Shown one piece after another: positions 46,684-57,008 of a stretch of 64,000 bases of DNA (positions within the stretch are counted from its first letter, which is position 1; each line of letters opens with the position of its first letter). Made by a program: the position numbers and the translations under genes. A model generated the notes under the pieces. That model was not told the origin of the DNA. It worked only from the letters and a program-made list of their open reading frames with translations, and made no database searches. Source of the DNA: Chloroflexota bacterium (lineage in GTDB: Bacteria > Chloroflexota > Anaerolineae > UBA1429); contig DUUT01000054.1 of NCBI GenBank assembly GCA_012841405.1, forward strand, positions 6,220 through 70,219, written 5' to 3'.

Positions 46684-47490
46684 ATGGAGCGACAGCTACC
46701 CACCACCGTGCTGGGCCGCACCGGCCTCACCGTGACGCGCCTGGGGATCGGCGGGGCCTACTGTCCCACCGTGGCCGGGTATCGCGCCGCGCTGGACACC
46801 GGCGTCACCTATGTGGACACGGCCCGCGCCTACCGCGACGGCGATGACGAGCGCGTGATCGGTGAGGCGATCGCCGGGCGGCGGCAGAGCCTCGTCCTGG
46901 CCACCAAGACTCAGTCGCGCGACGCCGCCGGCGCGCGCGCCGATCTCGAGACCTCGCTGCGGCTCCTGCGTACCGACTATATCGATGTGTGGCAGATCCA
47001 CTACCTGAACACCGAGGCGGAACGCGAGCGGGTGTTGGGCCCGGGTGGAGCCATGGAGGCGGCCATCAAGGCGCGCGAACAGGGGCTTGTGCGCTACATC
47101 GGCGTGACGGGCCACGTCTGGCCCGAGATCGCCAAGGCGGTGGCGACGGGCCTGTTTGACACCGTTCTCTGCTGGTACAACGCGTCCTATCGCGAGGCCG
47201 AGGACACCGTCTTTGCCCAGGCGATGGCACAGGGGGCGGGCGTCGTCATAATGAATGCCACGCGCAACGACAAGCTGTTCGGGCCCGATGCCCCGCCGGC
47301 AGCCGATTTCTACCGCTATGTCCTCAGCCACGAGGCGGTGGACGTCACGATCATCGGCCTGCGCGACGTCGACCTGTTCCGCCAGATGGCGTTGGCTCTC
47401 GCCTGGCGCGATACCCTCTCGCCGGCGGAGCGAGACGCTCTCGAGGCGTACGGCGCGGGACGGCGTGCGGCCGGCGCCCTCGAGATGTGA
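46684..47490 (+). CDS. Aldo/keto reductase family oxidoreductase
   Basis: LGRTGLTVTRLGIGGA........G..YVDTARAY..G..E..IGEAI.GRR...VLATK....YID.WQIH......YIGVTGH. Confidence 0.9.
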   Translation: MERQLPTTVLGRTGLTVTRLGIGGAYCPTVAGYRAALDTGVTYVDTARAYRDGDDERVIGEAIAGRRQSLVLATKTQSRDAAGARADLETSLRLLRTDYIDVWQIHYLNTEAERERVLGPGGAMEAAIKAREQGLVRYIGVTGHVWPEIAKAVATGLFDTVLCWYNASYREAEDTVFAQAMAQGAGVVIMNATRNDKLFGPDAPPAADFYRYVLSHEAVDVTIIGLRDVDLFRQMALALAWRDTLSPAERDALEAYGAGRRAAGALEM

Positions 47491-47503
47491 GGAGGTGCAG
47501 CCG

Positions 47504-48535
47504 GTGACCGCCCAGACCTTTCCCCTGGTGACGGTGCGCGGTAATGCGCGGCAGATGGGGCAGCAGCACGGCGAGGCCGCCGCCGACATGATCGAGCGCT
47601 ACCTGCTGCTCATCGAGCGGCTGACGGCCAAGACCCGCGACGTGCTGTGCGCCCGTGCGATGACGTTCTGGCCACGCATGGAGACGCTGGGACCCACCTT
47701 TGTCGAAGAGGTGCGTGGCCTGGCCGAGGGTGCCGGCATCTCGCTGGAAGAAGCGGTGCTCTGCCAGGTGCGCGGCGAGGCGGGCAAGGCTGGCGCCGAG
47801 GGGTGCACCGCCTTTGCGCTGCGCGGTGCGGCCACCGCCGACGGTGGCATCCTCATCGGTCAGAACCAGGACCTGTCGCCGGAGCACAGCGACGTCTCGA
47901 TCCTGCTGCGTGTCTTGCCCGATGACGGCCGACCGCGGGCGCTCATCTATACCTTTGCGGGGCAACTCGGCTACTTTGGGATGAACGCCCATGGCGTGAC
48001 GAACTATGCCAATGCTGTCTATGATTTCCGCTGGCAGCCGGGCTTGGCCCACTATCCGCTAAAGCGCCTCATGCTCGAGTGCACCACCGCGGAGGATGCG
48101 CTGGCGCTCTATGACCGGCACGCCGTATGCTCGGCCGCCAATGTGCTGACCTCCGATGCGAGCGGGGTGGTTGCCGATCTGGAGGTGCGCCCCGAGGGGG
48201 TAGCGCGCTACGCCGGCGACCACCCGGACGCCATCGTCCACACCAACCACTACCTGAGTGATGCCTTTCGCCCGCTCGAGACCGGCTCGCTCCCCGATTC
48301 TTTTGCGCGCTATCGCCGTTTGACGGACCTCGTCCGCGAGGCGTGGGGCGCCATCACCGTGGAGACGCTGCAAGCGTTCCTGGCCGACCACGAGGGCGAC
48401 CCCGCCGGCATTTGTCGCCACGGCGCGCGGGGCATGCACACGACCTCGGGGCACATCGCCGAGCCGCAGCGGGGCGTCGTCCACGTGCGGCGTGGTCACG
48501 GCTGCCTGGGCTCGTGGGAGACGTACACGGTCTAG
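47504..48535 (+). CDS. Peptidase C45 / acyl-CoA:6-aminopenicillanic-acid acyltransferase-like Ntn hydrolase
   Basis: VRGNARQMGQQHGEA....I......, EGCTAFAL (putative Cys nucleophile), ILIGQNQD, HTNHY. GTG start at 47504 with GGAGGTG RBS directly after the reductase stop. Confidence 0.65.
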   Translation: MTAQTFPLVTVRGNARQMGQQHGEAAADMIERYLLLIERLTAKTRDVLCARAMTFWPRMETLGPTFVEEVRGLAEGAGISLEEAVLCQVRGEAGKAGAEGCTAFALRGAATADGGILIGQNQDLSPEHSDVSILLRVLPDDGRPRALIYTFAGQLGYFGMNAHGVTNYANAVYDFRWQPGLAHYPLKRLMLECTTAEDALALYDRHAVCSAANVLTSDASGVVADLEVRPEGVARYAGDHPDAIVHTNHYLSDAFRPLETGSLPDSFARYRRLTDLVREAWGAITVETLQAFLADHEGDPAGICRHGARGMHTTSGHIAEPQRGVVHVRRGHGCLGSWETYTV

Positions 48536-48711
48536 CATCCTCACCGCACGCGCCGCACACGCGGTGTCCCAGGGAATCCCGTGGCATGGCGCCCAGAACC
48601 CCGTCCACGCCGCTGCTGCCTGCCATCCTGTGCAGGCGCGCTCATGCCGGGGTTCTGGAAGTAGGTATGGGCTTGTGTTACCATAGCCATAGCTCGATGA
48701 GGGAGAGAGCC

Positions 48712-49734
48712 ATGCGTTGGACGCGCGGACGTCGGTGGGTGGCTGGGTTTGCCGCCGGCCTGGGACTGGTGGCAGCGGGGCTGATGGTGACGGAGGGGCG
48801 GCTGGGCCTGCTCCCGTCGACGCGCCGCATGTGGCGCGAGGCACGCGCCAAGGGACAGCCGTGGTGGCTCTTTTTCCACACCTACGTCTATGGGCGCTTT
48901 TCCTATGCCTACATCGGGACGGCCATTGGCGAGCGAGGCCTTTTGGCGCGCGTCAAGCGGGCGCTATCGCCCCTGGCGCTGCGCGTGGCCAACGGCAGGG
49001 GCTGGGCCAACGAGTACCACGGAAAGGTCTTGCCCACCGCAGCGGCGCGGCGGCTGGTGGAGGTACGTGAGGACGTCGCCGAGGTCGTGCCGGAGCAGAT
49101 CATTCCCTTTCAGAGCGCGCGCGACCTGGTGCTCTCGGCGTCAGGGCCGGTGGTAGCGTTTGACTGCCCATGTCGCTCGGCGCGCGCTGAGCCGTGCCTG
49201 CCCATGGACGTGTGCCTCGTGGTGGGCGATCCCTTTGCGAGCTTTGCCCTGGAGCACCATCCCGGCCGTGCCCGCGAGATCAGCCGCCAGGAGGCGGTGG
49301 AAATTCTCGAGGCGGAGGCCGACCGCGGCCACGTGCACCACGCCTTTCTCAAGCACGCGATGCTCGATCGCTTTTACGCGATCTGCAATTGCTGTTCGTG
49401 CTGCTGCGGCGCCATGTGGGCGCAGCGGAATGGCACGCCGATGCTCGTATCATCGGGGTACGTGGCGCAGGTCGACGCGCAGGGGTGTGTGGGCTGCAGG
49501 CTGTGTGCCGAGCGCTGCCCGTTTGACGCCGTGACGGTTGCGGGGCTTGCGCACATCGACGCCGAGCGCTGCATGGGCTGTGGTGTCTGTGTCCGTGCCT
49601 GCCCGCACGGCGCCCTCGCGCTGGTGCGCGACGCCTCCAAACCGGCGCCGCTCATCGTCGGTGGCGATGGGGCGCCCACGGAGGGGCTTGCCGGGGAGCT
49701 GCAGGAAGCGCCCATGGGTAGGCGCTCCGGATGA
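48712..49734 (+). CDS. Membrane-associated 4Fe-4S dicluster domain protein
   Basis: N-terminal TM (VAGFAAGLGLVAAGLMV), Cys cluster CNCCSCCCG, and two ferredoxin motifs: CVGCRLCAERCP and CMGCGVCVRACP. Confidence 0.7.
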   Translation: MRWTRGRRWVAGFAAGLGLVAAGLMVTEGRLGLLPSTRRMWREARAKGQPWWLFFHTYVYGRFSYAYIGTAIGERGLLARVKRALSPLALRVANGRGWANEYHGKVLPTAAARRLVEVREDVAEVVPEQIIPFQSARDLVLSASGPVVAFDCPCRSARAEPCLPMDVCLVVGDPFASFALEHHPGRAREISRQEAVEILEAEADRGHVHHAFLKHAMLDRFYAICNCCSCCCGAMWAQRNGTPMLVSSGYVAQVDAQGCVGCRLCAERCPFDAVTVAGLAHIDAERCMGCGVCVRACPHGALALVRDASKPAPLIVGGDGAPTEGLAGELQEAPMGRRSG

Positions 49735-49746
49735 GGCGCTCCGTCT

Positions 49747-50673
49747 CTAGTCCTCGCGCTCGACAGGCTCCACATGGATAAAGGCGTGGTCGACCTCGGC
49801 CATCTCTTCGATGGAGGCACGGACGGCGTCGCTCACGGCATGCACCTCATCGAGGTTCGCACGGCGGTCCATGTCAATGTGGACATCGGCGCGCACCTGC
49901 GGGCCGACGTACTCGACGATCACCTGATGCACGTCGAGCACTCCCGGGACCGACTGGGCGGCTTCGATGACGGCCTGGGTCAGCTCGGGGGATGCGGCGC
50001 CGCCGACGAGTTGGCGCACCCCCTCGCGCAGCACGTCGTAGGCGCCCCGCACGATCCACAGGGCGACCGCGAACGCCGCGATGGGGTCGGCAACGGGGGC
50101 AATGATCTGGCTGGCGGCCACGCCGATGAGCGCTGCGGTGGACGCAACGACGTCCATCAGGTTGTCCTTGGCGGACGCTCGGAGAGCGGGGCTGTGGGCC
50201 TCGTCCCCCAACCGGCGCACCTCGCGATACATCCAGCCCTTGACCAGGACGGTGCCCAGCGGCGCCAGGTAGGCCCAGAGCGAGGTAATCGCCTGGGGAC
50301 CGATACGCAGGGTGCGCCAGCCGGCCTGTGCCGCTTGGTACCCAGCAAAGCCCATCGCCAGGCCGATGACGACACTCACCAGCGGCTCGATGCGTCGGTG
50401 CCCGTGGGGGTGGCTGAGGTCGGGTGGGCGCAACGATAGCCACAGCGCGACCCCTAGGAAGAGGCTATAGACGACGTCGGCCGCCGAATTGGCCGCATCG
50501 GCGTACACGGCGCTACTACCACTCGCTGCGGCGGCGGCCGCCTTGGCGGCCATGAGGGCCAGGTTGCCCACCACAGCAATGATGCTGGCGCGCAGATACA
50601 GGCGGCGCGTCTGCGGCGCGATGCTGTCCTCGTCGACGCGCTGGACCCGTTGCATGGCCATAACCTCCGGCAC
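49747..50673 (-). CDS. Cation diffusion facilitator (CDF) family metal efflux transporter
   Basis: SGSSAVYADAANSAADVVYS......L..RPPD..HPHGHRR.EPL......KDN..DV..S.AALIG and a C-terminal cytoplasmic domain (VLDVHQV.....GP....DVHI.). Confidence 0.9.
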   Translation of the reverse strand: MPEVMAMQRVQRVDEDSIAPQTRRLYLRASIIAVVGNLALMAAKAAAAAASGSSAVYADAANSAADVVYSLFLGVALWLSLRPPDLSHPHGHRRIEPLVSVVIGLAMGFAGYQAAQAGWRTLRIGPQAITSLWAYLAPLGTVLVKGWMYREVRRLGDEAHSPALRASAKDNLMDVVASTAALIGVAASQIIAPVADPIAAFAVALWIVRGAYDVLREGVRQLVGGAASPELTQAVIEAAQSVPGVLDVHQVIVEYVGPQVRADVHIDMDRRANLDEVHAVSDAVRASIEEMAEVDHAFIHVEPVERED

Positions 50674-50738
50674 GCCCAGAATATCGAAACGCCGCCCGGG
50701 GCGTGGTGTTGCTGGGCGGCGTGAGTGACTCTGATTCG

Positions 50739-50766
50739 AGTATAGTCACGGGAGGGGCCGCGTCAA
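50739..50766 (-). promoter_or_regulatory. Putative promoter of the CDF gene (TTGACG-N16-TATACT)
   Basis: The minus strand reads TTGACG CGGCCCCTCCCGTGAC TATACT, about 65 nt upstream of the start. It overlaps the interrupted palindrome GTGACT...AGTCAC (50725-50749). Confidence 0.4.
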
Positions 50767-50856
50767 GCACGTCCGTCCCCAGCGCGCATGGCAGCGTGGC
50801 CGTGTAGCCCCCCTTCCTTCCCACCACCTGTGCGAACACTTGCTCCGTTACGTTCA

Positions 50857-50885
50857 TTGACCGCCGCTTGGGCCCCGAGTATCAT
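50857..50885 (+). promoter_or_regulatory. Putative promoter of malQ (TTGACC-N17-TATCAT)
   Basis: TTGACC GCCGCTTGGGCCCCGAG TATCAT, ending 21 nt before the malQ ATG. Confidence 0.5.
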
Positions 50886-50906
50886 CGGTTCACGAGGTGA
50901 AGCGAA

Positions 50907-52469
50907 ATGTCCGACGAACGAGGGAGTAACCGGACGAGTGGCATCCTCTGTCATCCCACCTCCATGCCGGGCGCCCACGGCATCGGCGACCTCGGTGAAG
51001 GGCCGCGCCGCTTTGTTGATTTCCTGGTCGCTGCCGGGCAGACCCTCTGGCAGATACTGCCGCTGGGGCCCACCGGCTATGGCGATTCGCCCTACCAGCC
51101 CTTCTCCGCCTTTGCCGGGAATCCTCTGCTCATCGCGCTCGACGATCTGGTCCGCGAGGGCCTGCTAGATCACGCCGAGCTGACCGATGCTGCGGCGCTG
51201 CCCGCCGATCACGTCGACTATGGGCGGGTAATCGCTTTGAAGGGGCGCGCGCTGCGTACCGCTCACGCGCGGCTGGCGGAGCGTGGCTCGGCCTCCTTGC
51301 GGCGTGAGCTCGAGGCCTACGTCGCCCGTGAGGTTCACTGGCTGGAAGACTATGCGCTGTTCATGGCACTCAAGGAGCGCTTTGACTGGAAGCCGTGGGT
51401 CGAGTGGCCGCCCGATATCGCCCTGCGCCGTGCGGACGCCGTGGCGCGGTGGCGCGCCGAGCTCGCCGATGCCGTGAGCTACCACCGCTTTGCGCAGTTC
51501 GTCTTTTCCCGCCAGTGGGCGCGCTTGCGCGCCTACGCCAATGATGTCGGCATCACCATCATTGGCGATATGCCCATCTTTGTGGGCCACGACAGCGCCG
51601 ACGTCTGGGCGCACCGCGATCTCTTTCGCCTCGACGATCGCGGCCTGCCCACGGTGGTGGCGGGCGTACCGCCGGACTATTTCAGCGCCACCGGCCAGCT
51701 GTGGGGAACCCCCCTGTACCGCTGGGACCTCATGCGCGAACGCGGCTATGACTGGTGGCTGGCACGGCTACGCAACGCCCTCCAAGCCGTGGATATGGTG
51801 CGGCTCGATCATTTCCGCGGCTTTGCGGGGTACTGGGAGGTGCCGGCGGGAGAGGTCACGGCCATCAATGGTCGCTGGGTGCGGGGGCCTGGCGCGGGCT
51901 TTTTCCAGGCTGTGCGCCGCGAGCTCGGCGCCCTGCCGATCATCGCCGAGGACCTGGGCCTCATCTCCGTCGACGTGGACGCGTTACGGCGCGCATTGGG
52001 GTTGCCGGGGATGCGCGTCATCCAGTTCGGATTTGGCGCGGATGCCAGCAACCTCAACCTACCGCACAACTGGGAACGCAACCTCCTCGCCTATACGGGC
52101 ACCCACGACAACGATACGACGCTCGGCTGGTACCACCAGGCCGATGAGCAGACGCGCCACCAGGTGCGCGTCTACACCGGCACCGATGGCAGCGACGTAC
52201 ACTGGACGCTCATGCGGTTGATCATGAACTCGGTGGCCGACATGGCCGTCTTTCCCCTGCAGGACGTGCTGGGCCTGGGGAGCGAGGCGCGCCTCAACAC
52301 GCCAGGGCGCCCACACGGCAACTGGACCTGGCGCTACACCGCGGCGATGCTGCGCCCGGAGCTGGCCGTCGCCCTGCGCGACATGGCCGAGGCCTCGGGC
52401 CGCTGGCTCCCACCCGGCGAGACGTGGGACGCCGCCACGCCCCTGGTGCTCACCTACGAGGAGCCCTAG
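50907..52469 (+). CDS. malQ: 4-alpha-glucanotransferase (amylomaltase, GH77)
   Basis: GILCHPTS.PG..GIGDLG.....FVDFL...GQ..WQILPLGPTGYGDSPYQ.FSAFAGNPLLI, DMVRLDHFRGF, IIAEDLG, YTGTHDNDT. Confidence 0.95.
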   Translation: MSDERGSNRTSGILCHPTSMPGAHGIGDLGEGPRRFVDFLVAAGQTLWQILPLGPTGYGDSPYQPFSAFAGNPLLIALDDLVREGLLDHAELTDAAALPADHVDYGRVIALKGRALRTAHARLAERGSASLRRELEAYVAREVHWLEDYALFMALKERFDWKPWVEWPPDIALRRADAVARWRAELADAVSYHRFAQFVFSRQWARLRAYANDVGITIIGDMPIFVGHDSADVWAHRDLFRLDDRGLPTVVAGVPPDYFSATGQLWGTPLYRWDLMRERGYDWWLARLRNALQAVDMVRLDHFRGFAGYWEVPAGEVTAINGRWVRGPGAGFFQAVRRELGALPIIAEDLGLISVDVDALRRALGLPGMRVIQFGFGADASNLNLPHNWERNLLAYTGTHDNDTTLGWYHQADEQTRHQVRVYTGTDGSDVHWTLMRLIMNSVADMAVFPLQDVLGLGSEARLNTPGRPHGNWTWRYTAAMLRPELAVALRDMAEASGRWLPPGETWDAATPLVLTYEEP

Positions 52470-52815
52470 CTCTAGCGCCGTGCTGTGCCGCTACGTCGGG
52501 CGGTGTTGTATGGCGGGCTTCGGTGGTGTGGCAGGTATCTCCACCGTATTGTATTTTTTGGTGCTGTTGCTTCTCGTAGCGTTCTATGTTACACTTAAAT
52601 TGCCATCGCCTGTCGCTGTGTAGCGCCCGGCGGGCCGGAGCCCTGGCGCATGTGGTGAGCCCGACACCGCGGGGCTTGGCCGCGTCTGGGTGGATGCGGC
52701 GGACGACGCGTGCGCTCCAACGCGTGCATCTCGACGACGTACGGTCCGACGACGTGCGTTCCGTGGCCTCGGCGCAACGCAACGGCATTGTGCTACAGGT
52801 GGCTGTGGAGGAGCC

Positions 52816-55800
52816 ATGGGCCATTCCCTCGTAGCCGGCAGACTGGAGGCAGCGCGCCAGCGCCTGGTCGGTTGTATCGAACGCTCCCCCGAGCCGGGCG
52901 GGTGCGATGGCGTGCTGCGCGAGGCACTGGAGCAGCTGGAACAGGCTTTGGAGGAGCTACAGGGCACCGGTACGGGGCGAGCTGACCAGAACGACGCGTG
53001 GGCCGCCATGTGCGCCCGTATCGAGGCCGAACGCGAACGCTACCGGAGCCTGTTCGCGTCGATGCCGACTGCCTGCCTGGTCACGGCGCGTGATGGCACG
53101 ATCCTGGAAGCGAATCGCGCGGCTGGCATCCTATTGAACGTGGACCAGCGTGCGCTCATTGGCCAGCCGCTGGAGCGGTACATCGCGGAGGCACAGCGAG
53201 CGGCGCTTGGCGAGACGCTCCGGCGCATCGAAGAGGCGCCGGGAGCAGTCGGGGTGGAGCTCGATCTGCTGCCCCATGGCGGTACGGCCATCCCATTGCT
53301 CGCCTCGGCCGAGCTGGAGTGTAGAGCCGTGCGTGATGGTGCCCGTCAGACGGTTTGCTGGATGCTGCAACGCGGTGGCGCTTCGCCGGCGTCGGGAGTG
53401 GCGGACGCCCTCCCCGACGATGCGCAGCACGTGCACGATACTCTCCAGATTGTGATGGAGAACACCCAGGCACAGCTGGCCTATCTCGATGCCGAGTTGC
53501 GCATCGTCCGCGTGAACGCGGCATTTGCCCAGGCGAGTGGCCATCGGCGTGAGGATCTCCTGGGGCGTCGCCTCTTTGATCTCTTTCCCAGTAGCGAGAG
53601 CCAGGCGGTTTTCGAGCACGTGATCCACACGGGCCGGGCCGTGAGCTTTGTGGCCCGGCCTGTTACCGATCCCAATCGGCCGGAGCGGGGCACGGTCTAC
53701 CTGGACTGGCGACTGACGCCCATCAGCGACGCGCAGGGCAGCGTGTATGGCCTCGTGTTGTCGCTCTTGGATGTGACCGAACGGGAACGCCTCCTCGATA
53801 TGCTCGCCGCGGAGCGGGCGCGGCTGCACACCGTTATTGCCAATGCCCCGGGGGCGATTATCGTCACGGACGAGGCAGGGCGGATCGTGTTGGCCAACAG
53901 CGCCGCGCGTGATCTGGGCTTTGTGACCGGCTCCAGCGCGCAACAGCCCAGTGGCGAGGGGCCAGGCGACGAACTCGGCTCGAAGCAGCGCATCGCTGCC
54001 GTGTTTCAGGCCGTAGCGGCGGGCGGGCCCGTATGCGATGTGGAGGTCACGGGGGAGCGCGCCGATGGCGAGGTGCGCGACCTCGTGGTGAGCGCGGCGC
54101 CCATCCGCGACGGCGCGGAGACGATCACCGGTGGCGTGGCCGTGCTGCAGGATATCACCGAGTGGAAGCGCACCCAGGAGGCGCTGCGTCGCTACGCCGA
54201 GCGCCTGCAGATCCTCCACGAGCTCGACGAGGCGGTGCTGACCTCCCACTCGGTGGAGGCCATCGCTGAGGCGGCGCTCCACTATGCCTGGCAGCTCGTC
54301 CCTTGCCTCTGGGCGGCGGTGGCCATGTTCGCTGCGGATCGCGACGAGGTCGAGCTCTTGGCGGCGCGCGCCGATCGCGAGACGGCGCTGACCACGGGAT
54401 GGCGCGGGCCGCTGGACTGGTGCTGGTTCACCGAAGAGCTCGCGGCCGGCAAAGCGCACGTGGTCGAGAACCTTGGCAGGCTCCCCTGTACCTCTACCGT
54501 CATCGCCACGTTGCGCGAGCAGGGGGTGCGTACCTATGTGAACGTGCCCCTCCTCGCTCAGGGGCGACTTATCGGCTCCCTGAACCTCGGCATCGCCGAC
54601 CCAGGGGGGCTCCTGCCCGGGCACGTGGACACGATGCAAGAGATGGCCAATAGCCTGGCCATCGCCATCCACCAGGCGGAGCTGAGCGAGCGGGTGGCGC
54701 GCCATGCCCAAGAGATGGAGCGGCGCGTCGCCGAACGCACCGCCGCCTTGCGCGCCAGCGAGGCGCGCTTTCGCACGGTGTTTGAGGAATCGGCGATCGG
54801 CATCGCTCTCCTCGACCTGGAAGGGCGCATCCTGGACGCCAATCCCGCCCTGCAGGGGATACTGGATCGCGATCTGGAAGATCTCGTCGGTGAGCCGTTG
54901 TCGCGGTCCATAGCTATTGAGGCTGAGGGCAGCGATGGGGACTCGTACACGACCCTGTTGGCCGGGCAGTGCGATTACTATCGGGCCGAGCGCCCATGTG
55001 CCCGCCATAGCGGGGGTGAAGCGTGGGTCCTCATCACGCTCTCTCTGGTGCGGCGGCATGGCGGCATCCCCTGGTTCGTCATCGCCATGGTGGCTGACGT
55101 GACGGAGGAACGCGCCATGCGGGCGGCCCTTGCCGAGGCAGAAAAGCTGACGCTCACCGGCAGATTGGTGGCCTCGTTGACCCATGAGATCAACAATCCT
55201 CTCCAGGCCGTCATTGGGTGTCTCGGCCTGGCACAGGAGGCGCTGGCCCAGGGAGATAATCCCGATCGCTTTCTCAACGTGGCTCGTGAGGAGCTGCGCC
55301 GTACGTCGAGCATCGTCGGCCATCTGCGCGACCTCTACCGCCCGGTCCAGCCGGGTGAGAAAAAGCCCAGTGATGCCAACGCCCTCATCCAGGAGGTGCT
55401 GGAGCTCAGTCGCAAACAAGTCTCTGGTCGCGGTATCCATGTCGTCACCGAGTGGGGCGATTTGCCCCCGGTGCCGATGATAGTCGATCGCATGCGCCAG
55501 GTTGTGCTGAACCTGGTCCTGAACGCCGTAGATGCCATGCCCGATGGTGGGCGGCTGCACATCGCTACCGCCGCCACCCGTCGCCCACAGGGGGTGCGCA
55601 TCACCTTTCGCGATGAGGGGGTGGGTATCTCGCCCGACATCCTGCCGCACATCTTTGACTCGTTCTACAGCACCAAGCAAGACGGCCTCGGGCTGGGGCT
55701 GTTTATCACCCGCGGCATCATTCGTGAGCACGGAGGCACCATCACGGCGGCGAGCCAGCCGGACGAAGGCACGACCTTTACCATCTGGCTGCCCTTAGGA

Positions 55801-55842
55801 AGCAGAGCGTCCGAGCAGTTGGAGTGCGACCCCACCACATAG
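52816..55842 (+). CDS. Multi-PAS/GAF sensor histidine kinase
   Basis: About 1000 aa. Several PAS-like modules (RYRSLFASMPTACLVTARDGTILEAN..., RFRTVFEESAIGIALLDLEGRILDANP), a GAF-like segment, the H-box LTHEINNPLQAV and HATPase motifs (NLVLNAVDAM, FRDEGVGI, GLGLGLFI). I chose ATG 52816 for its GTGGAGGAG RBS. Confidence 0.9.
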   Translation: MGHSLVAGRLEAARQRLVGCIERSPEPGGCDGVLREALEQLEQALEELQGTGTGRADQNDAWAAMCARIEAERERYRSLFASMPTACLVTARDGTILEANRAAGILLNVDQRALIGQPLERYIAEAQRAALGETLRRIEEAPGAVGVELDLLPHGGTAIPLLASAELECRAVRDGARQTVCWMLQRGGASPASGVADALPDDAQHVHDTLQIVMENTQAQLAYLDAELRIVRVNAAFAQASGHRREDLLGRRLFDLFPSSESQAVFEHVIHTGRAVSFVARPVTDPNRPERGTVYLDWRLTPISDAQGSVYGLVLSLLDVTERERLLDMLAAERARLHTVIANAPGAIIVTDEAGRIVLANSAARDLGFVTGSSAQQPSGEGPGDELGSKQRIAAVFQAVAAGGPVCDVEVTGERADGEVRDLVVSAAPIRDGAETITGGVAVLQDITEWKRTQEALRRYAERLQILHELDEAVLTSHSVEAIAEAALHYAWQLVPCLWAAVAMFAADRDEVELLAARADRETALTTGWRGPLDWCWFTEELAAGKAHVVENLGRLPCTSTVIATLREQGVRTYVNVPLLAQGRLIGSLNLGIADPGGLLPGHVDTMQEMANSLAIAIHQAELSERVARHAQEMERRVAERTAALRASEARFRTVFEESAIGIALLDLEGRILDANPALQGILDRDLEDLVGEPLSRSIAIEAEGSDGDSYTTLLAGQCDYYRAERPCARHSGGEAWVLITLSLVRRHGGIPWFVIAMVADVTEERAMRAALAEAEKLTLTGRLVASLTHEINNPLQAVIGCLGLAQEALAQGDNPDRFLNVAREELRRTSSIVGHLRDLYRPVQPGEKKPSDANALIQEVLELSRKQVSGRGIHVVTEWGDLPPVPMIVDRMRQVVLNLVLNAVDAMPDGGRLHIATAATRRPQGVRITFRDEGVGISPDILPHIFDSFYSTKQDGLGLGLFITRGIIREHGGTITAASQPDEGTTFTIWLPLGSRASEQLECDPTT

Positions 55843-55846
55843 AGGG

Positions 55847-56581
55847 ATGGACCCGATGGCGGAGACGGTACGTTCACTGGTAATCGACGATGAGGACACG
55901 GTCCGCTTCTTCATGGCCGAGACTCTAAAGCGGGATGGGCACGAGGTGACGACCGCCCGCAACGGTGAAGAGGCGCTGGAGCGTCTCCGCGAGAACCCCT
56001 TTGACCTGGCGTTGGTGGACCTCAAGCTTGGGGGCCGCATCGATGGATTGCGGGTGCTGGAGGCGATCCGGTGGCGCTGGCCGAGCACGGCTGTGATCAT
56101 CCTCACTGCCCATGGCTCGCTCGAGTCCGCCGTGGCCGCCATTCGCGAGGGCGTCGATCTCTATCTCCTCAAGCCCCTAGAGATGGAGGAGTTGCGCGAG
56201 GCGGTGCGGGAGGCGCTGGCTAGGCGGCGGCGGGCGACGACGACCAACGCCGCCGGTGAGGAAGGAGCGGCTGACGTGCTCCGCTGCGGCCCCTTTACGG
56301 TGGATCTCGACAAGCGCCAGGTACAGGTGCATGGGCGCACGATCGAGCTCACCCAGCGCGAGTACCGCCTGTTGGTGCACCTCATCGAGAACGCCCAGCG
56401 CGTCGTTCCCCCCCAGGAGCTGGTGCGCGTGGTGCAGGACTATGAGCCGCAGGGCGTCCGTGAGGCGCGAGACATCATCAAGTGGTACATCTATAGCCTA
56501 CGGCGCAAAGTCGAGCCGGACCCCTCGAACCCGCGGTACATCGTCAACATCCGCGAGGCGGGCTATACCTTTGGGGAGTAG
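55847..56581 (+). CDS. OmpR-family response regulator (partner of the upstream kinase)
   Basis: Receiver domain (LVIDDEDTVR...DLALVDLKLGG.DGL...LTAHGS...G.DLYLLKP) plus winged helix (LTQREYRLLVHLIENAQRVVPPQELV......IKWYIYSLRRKVE.....PRYIVN.REAGY). Confidence 0.9.
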   Translation: MDPMAETVRSLVIDDEDTVRFFMAETLKRDGHEVTTARNGEEALERLRENPFDLALVDLKLGGRIDGLRVLEAIRWRWPSTAVIILTAHGSLESAVAAIREGVDLYLLKPLEMEELREAVREALARRRRATTTNAAGEEGAADVLRCGPFTVDLDKRQVQVHGRTIELTQREYRLLVHLIENAQRVVPPQELVRVVQDYEPQGVREARDIIKWYIYSLRRKVEPDPSNPRYIVNIREAGYTFGE

Positions 56582-57008
56582 GGGTGGCCCCCTGGAGCCG
56601 CCCAGGGCAATCCGTGTGATACCGTGACGTCGCTCTGCGCACGGGTGACGCTCCGTGCCCGTGCTGGAGCGCTCTGCCATCCGGACGATAGCACAGCCCG
56701 GCGATGGCGCGCAGCGCAAACCCACGCCCAACACTTCTGCAGCATTCAACTCGCCCCTTCTCTCACCAACTAACCGCAAACCTTCCCCCAACTGCCCCCG
56801 GCACTCAACAGCCCATATTTCGGCTATGATAAAGCCAACATTGCGGTAGGCTATTGCCAGTACAGGGAGCCCGACGGCTCGCGCACATCGTAGTCGTCGT
56901 CCTTACCAGCTCAAGACACAGTCGCCATAAACGGGTAACCCTGTTTTATCGTGTCTGGTGACAGGCTGGCATCGATCCGGACCCATCGCACGTCGGAGGT
57001 CAAGCAAG

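Noticed and set aside
50725-50749. Interrupted palindrome GTGACT-N13-AGTCAC overlapping the putative CDF promoter. I considered it as a metal-regulator operator.
   Set aside because: The arms are only 6 bp, the spacer is long, and no adjacent regulator gene exists. It is kept only as a note on the promoter feature.
56582-57008. 430-nt gene-free leader before the stand-alone receiver gene. It contains an imperfect hairpin (about 56915-56955: GACAC...ATAAACGGG-taac-CCTGTTTTAT...GTGTC). I considered a riboswitch (for example c-di-GMP) or a small RNA.
   Set aside because: I could not match any riboswitch consensus I know by eye. The hairpin is imperfect and isolated. Without covariation data this is not supportable. 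An Rfam/Infernal scan would settle it.
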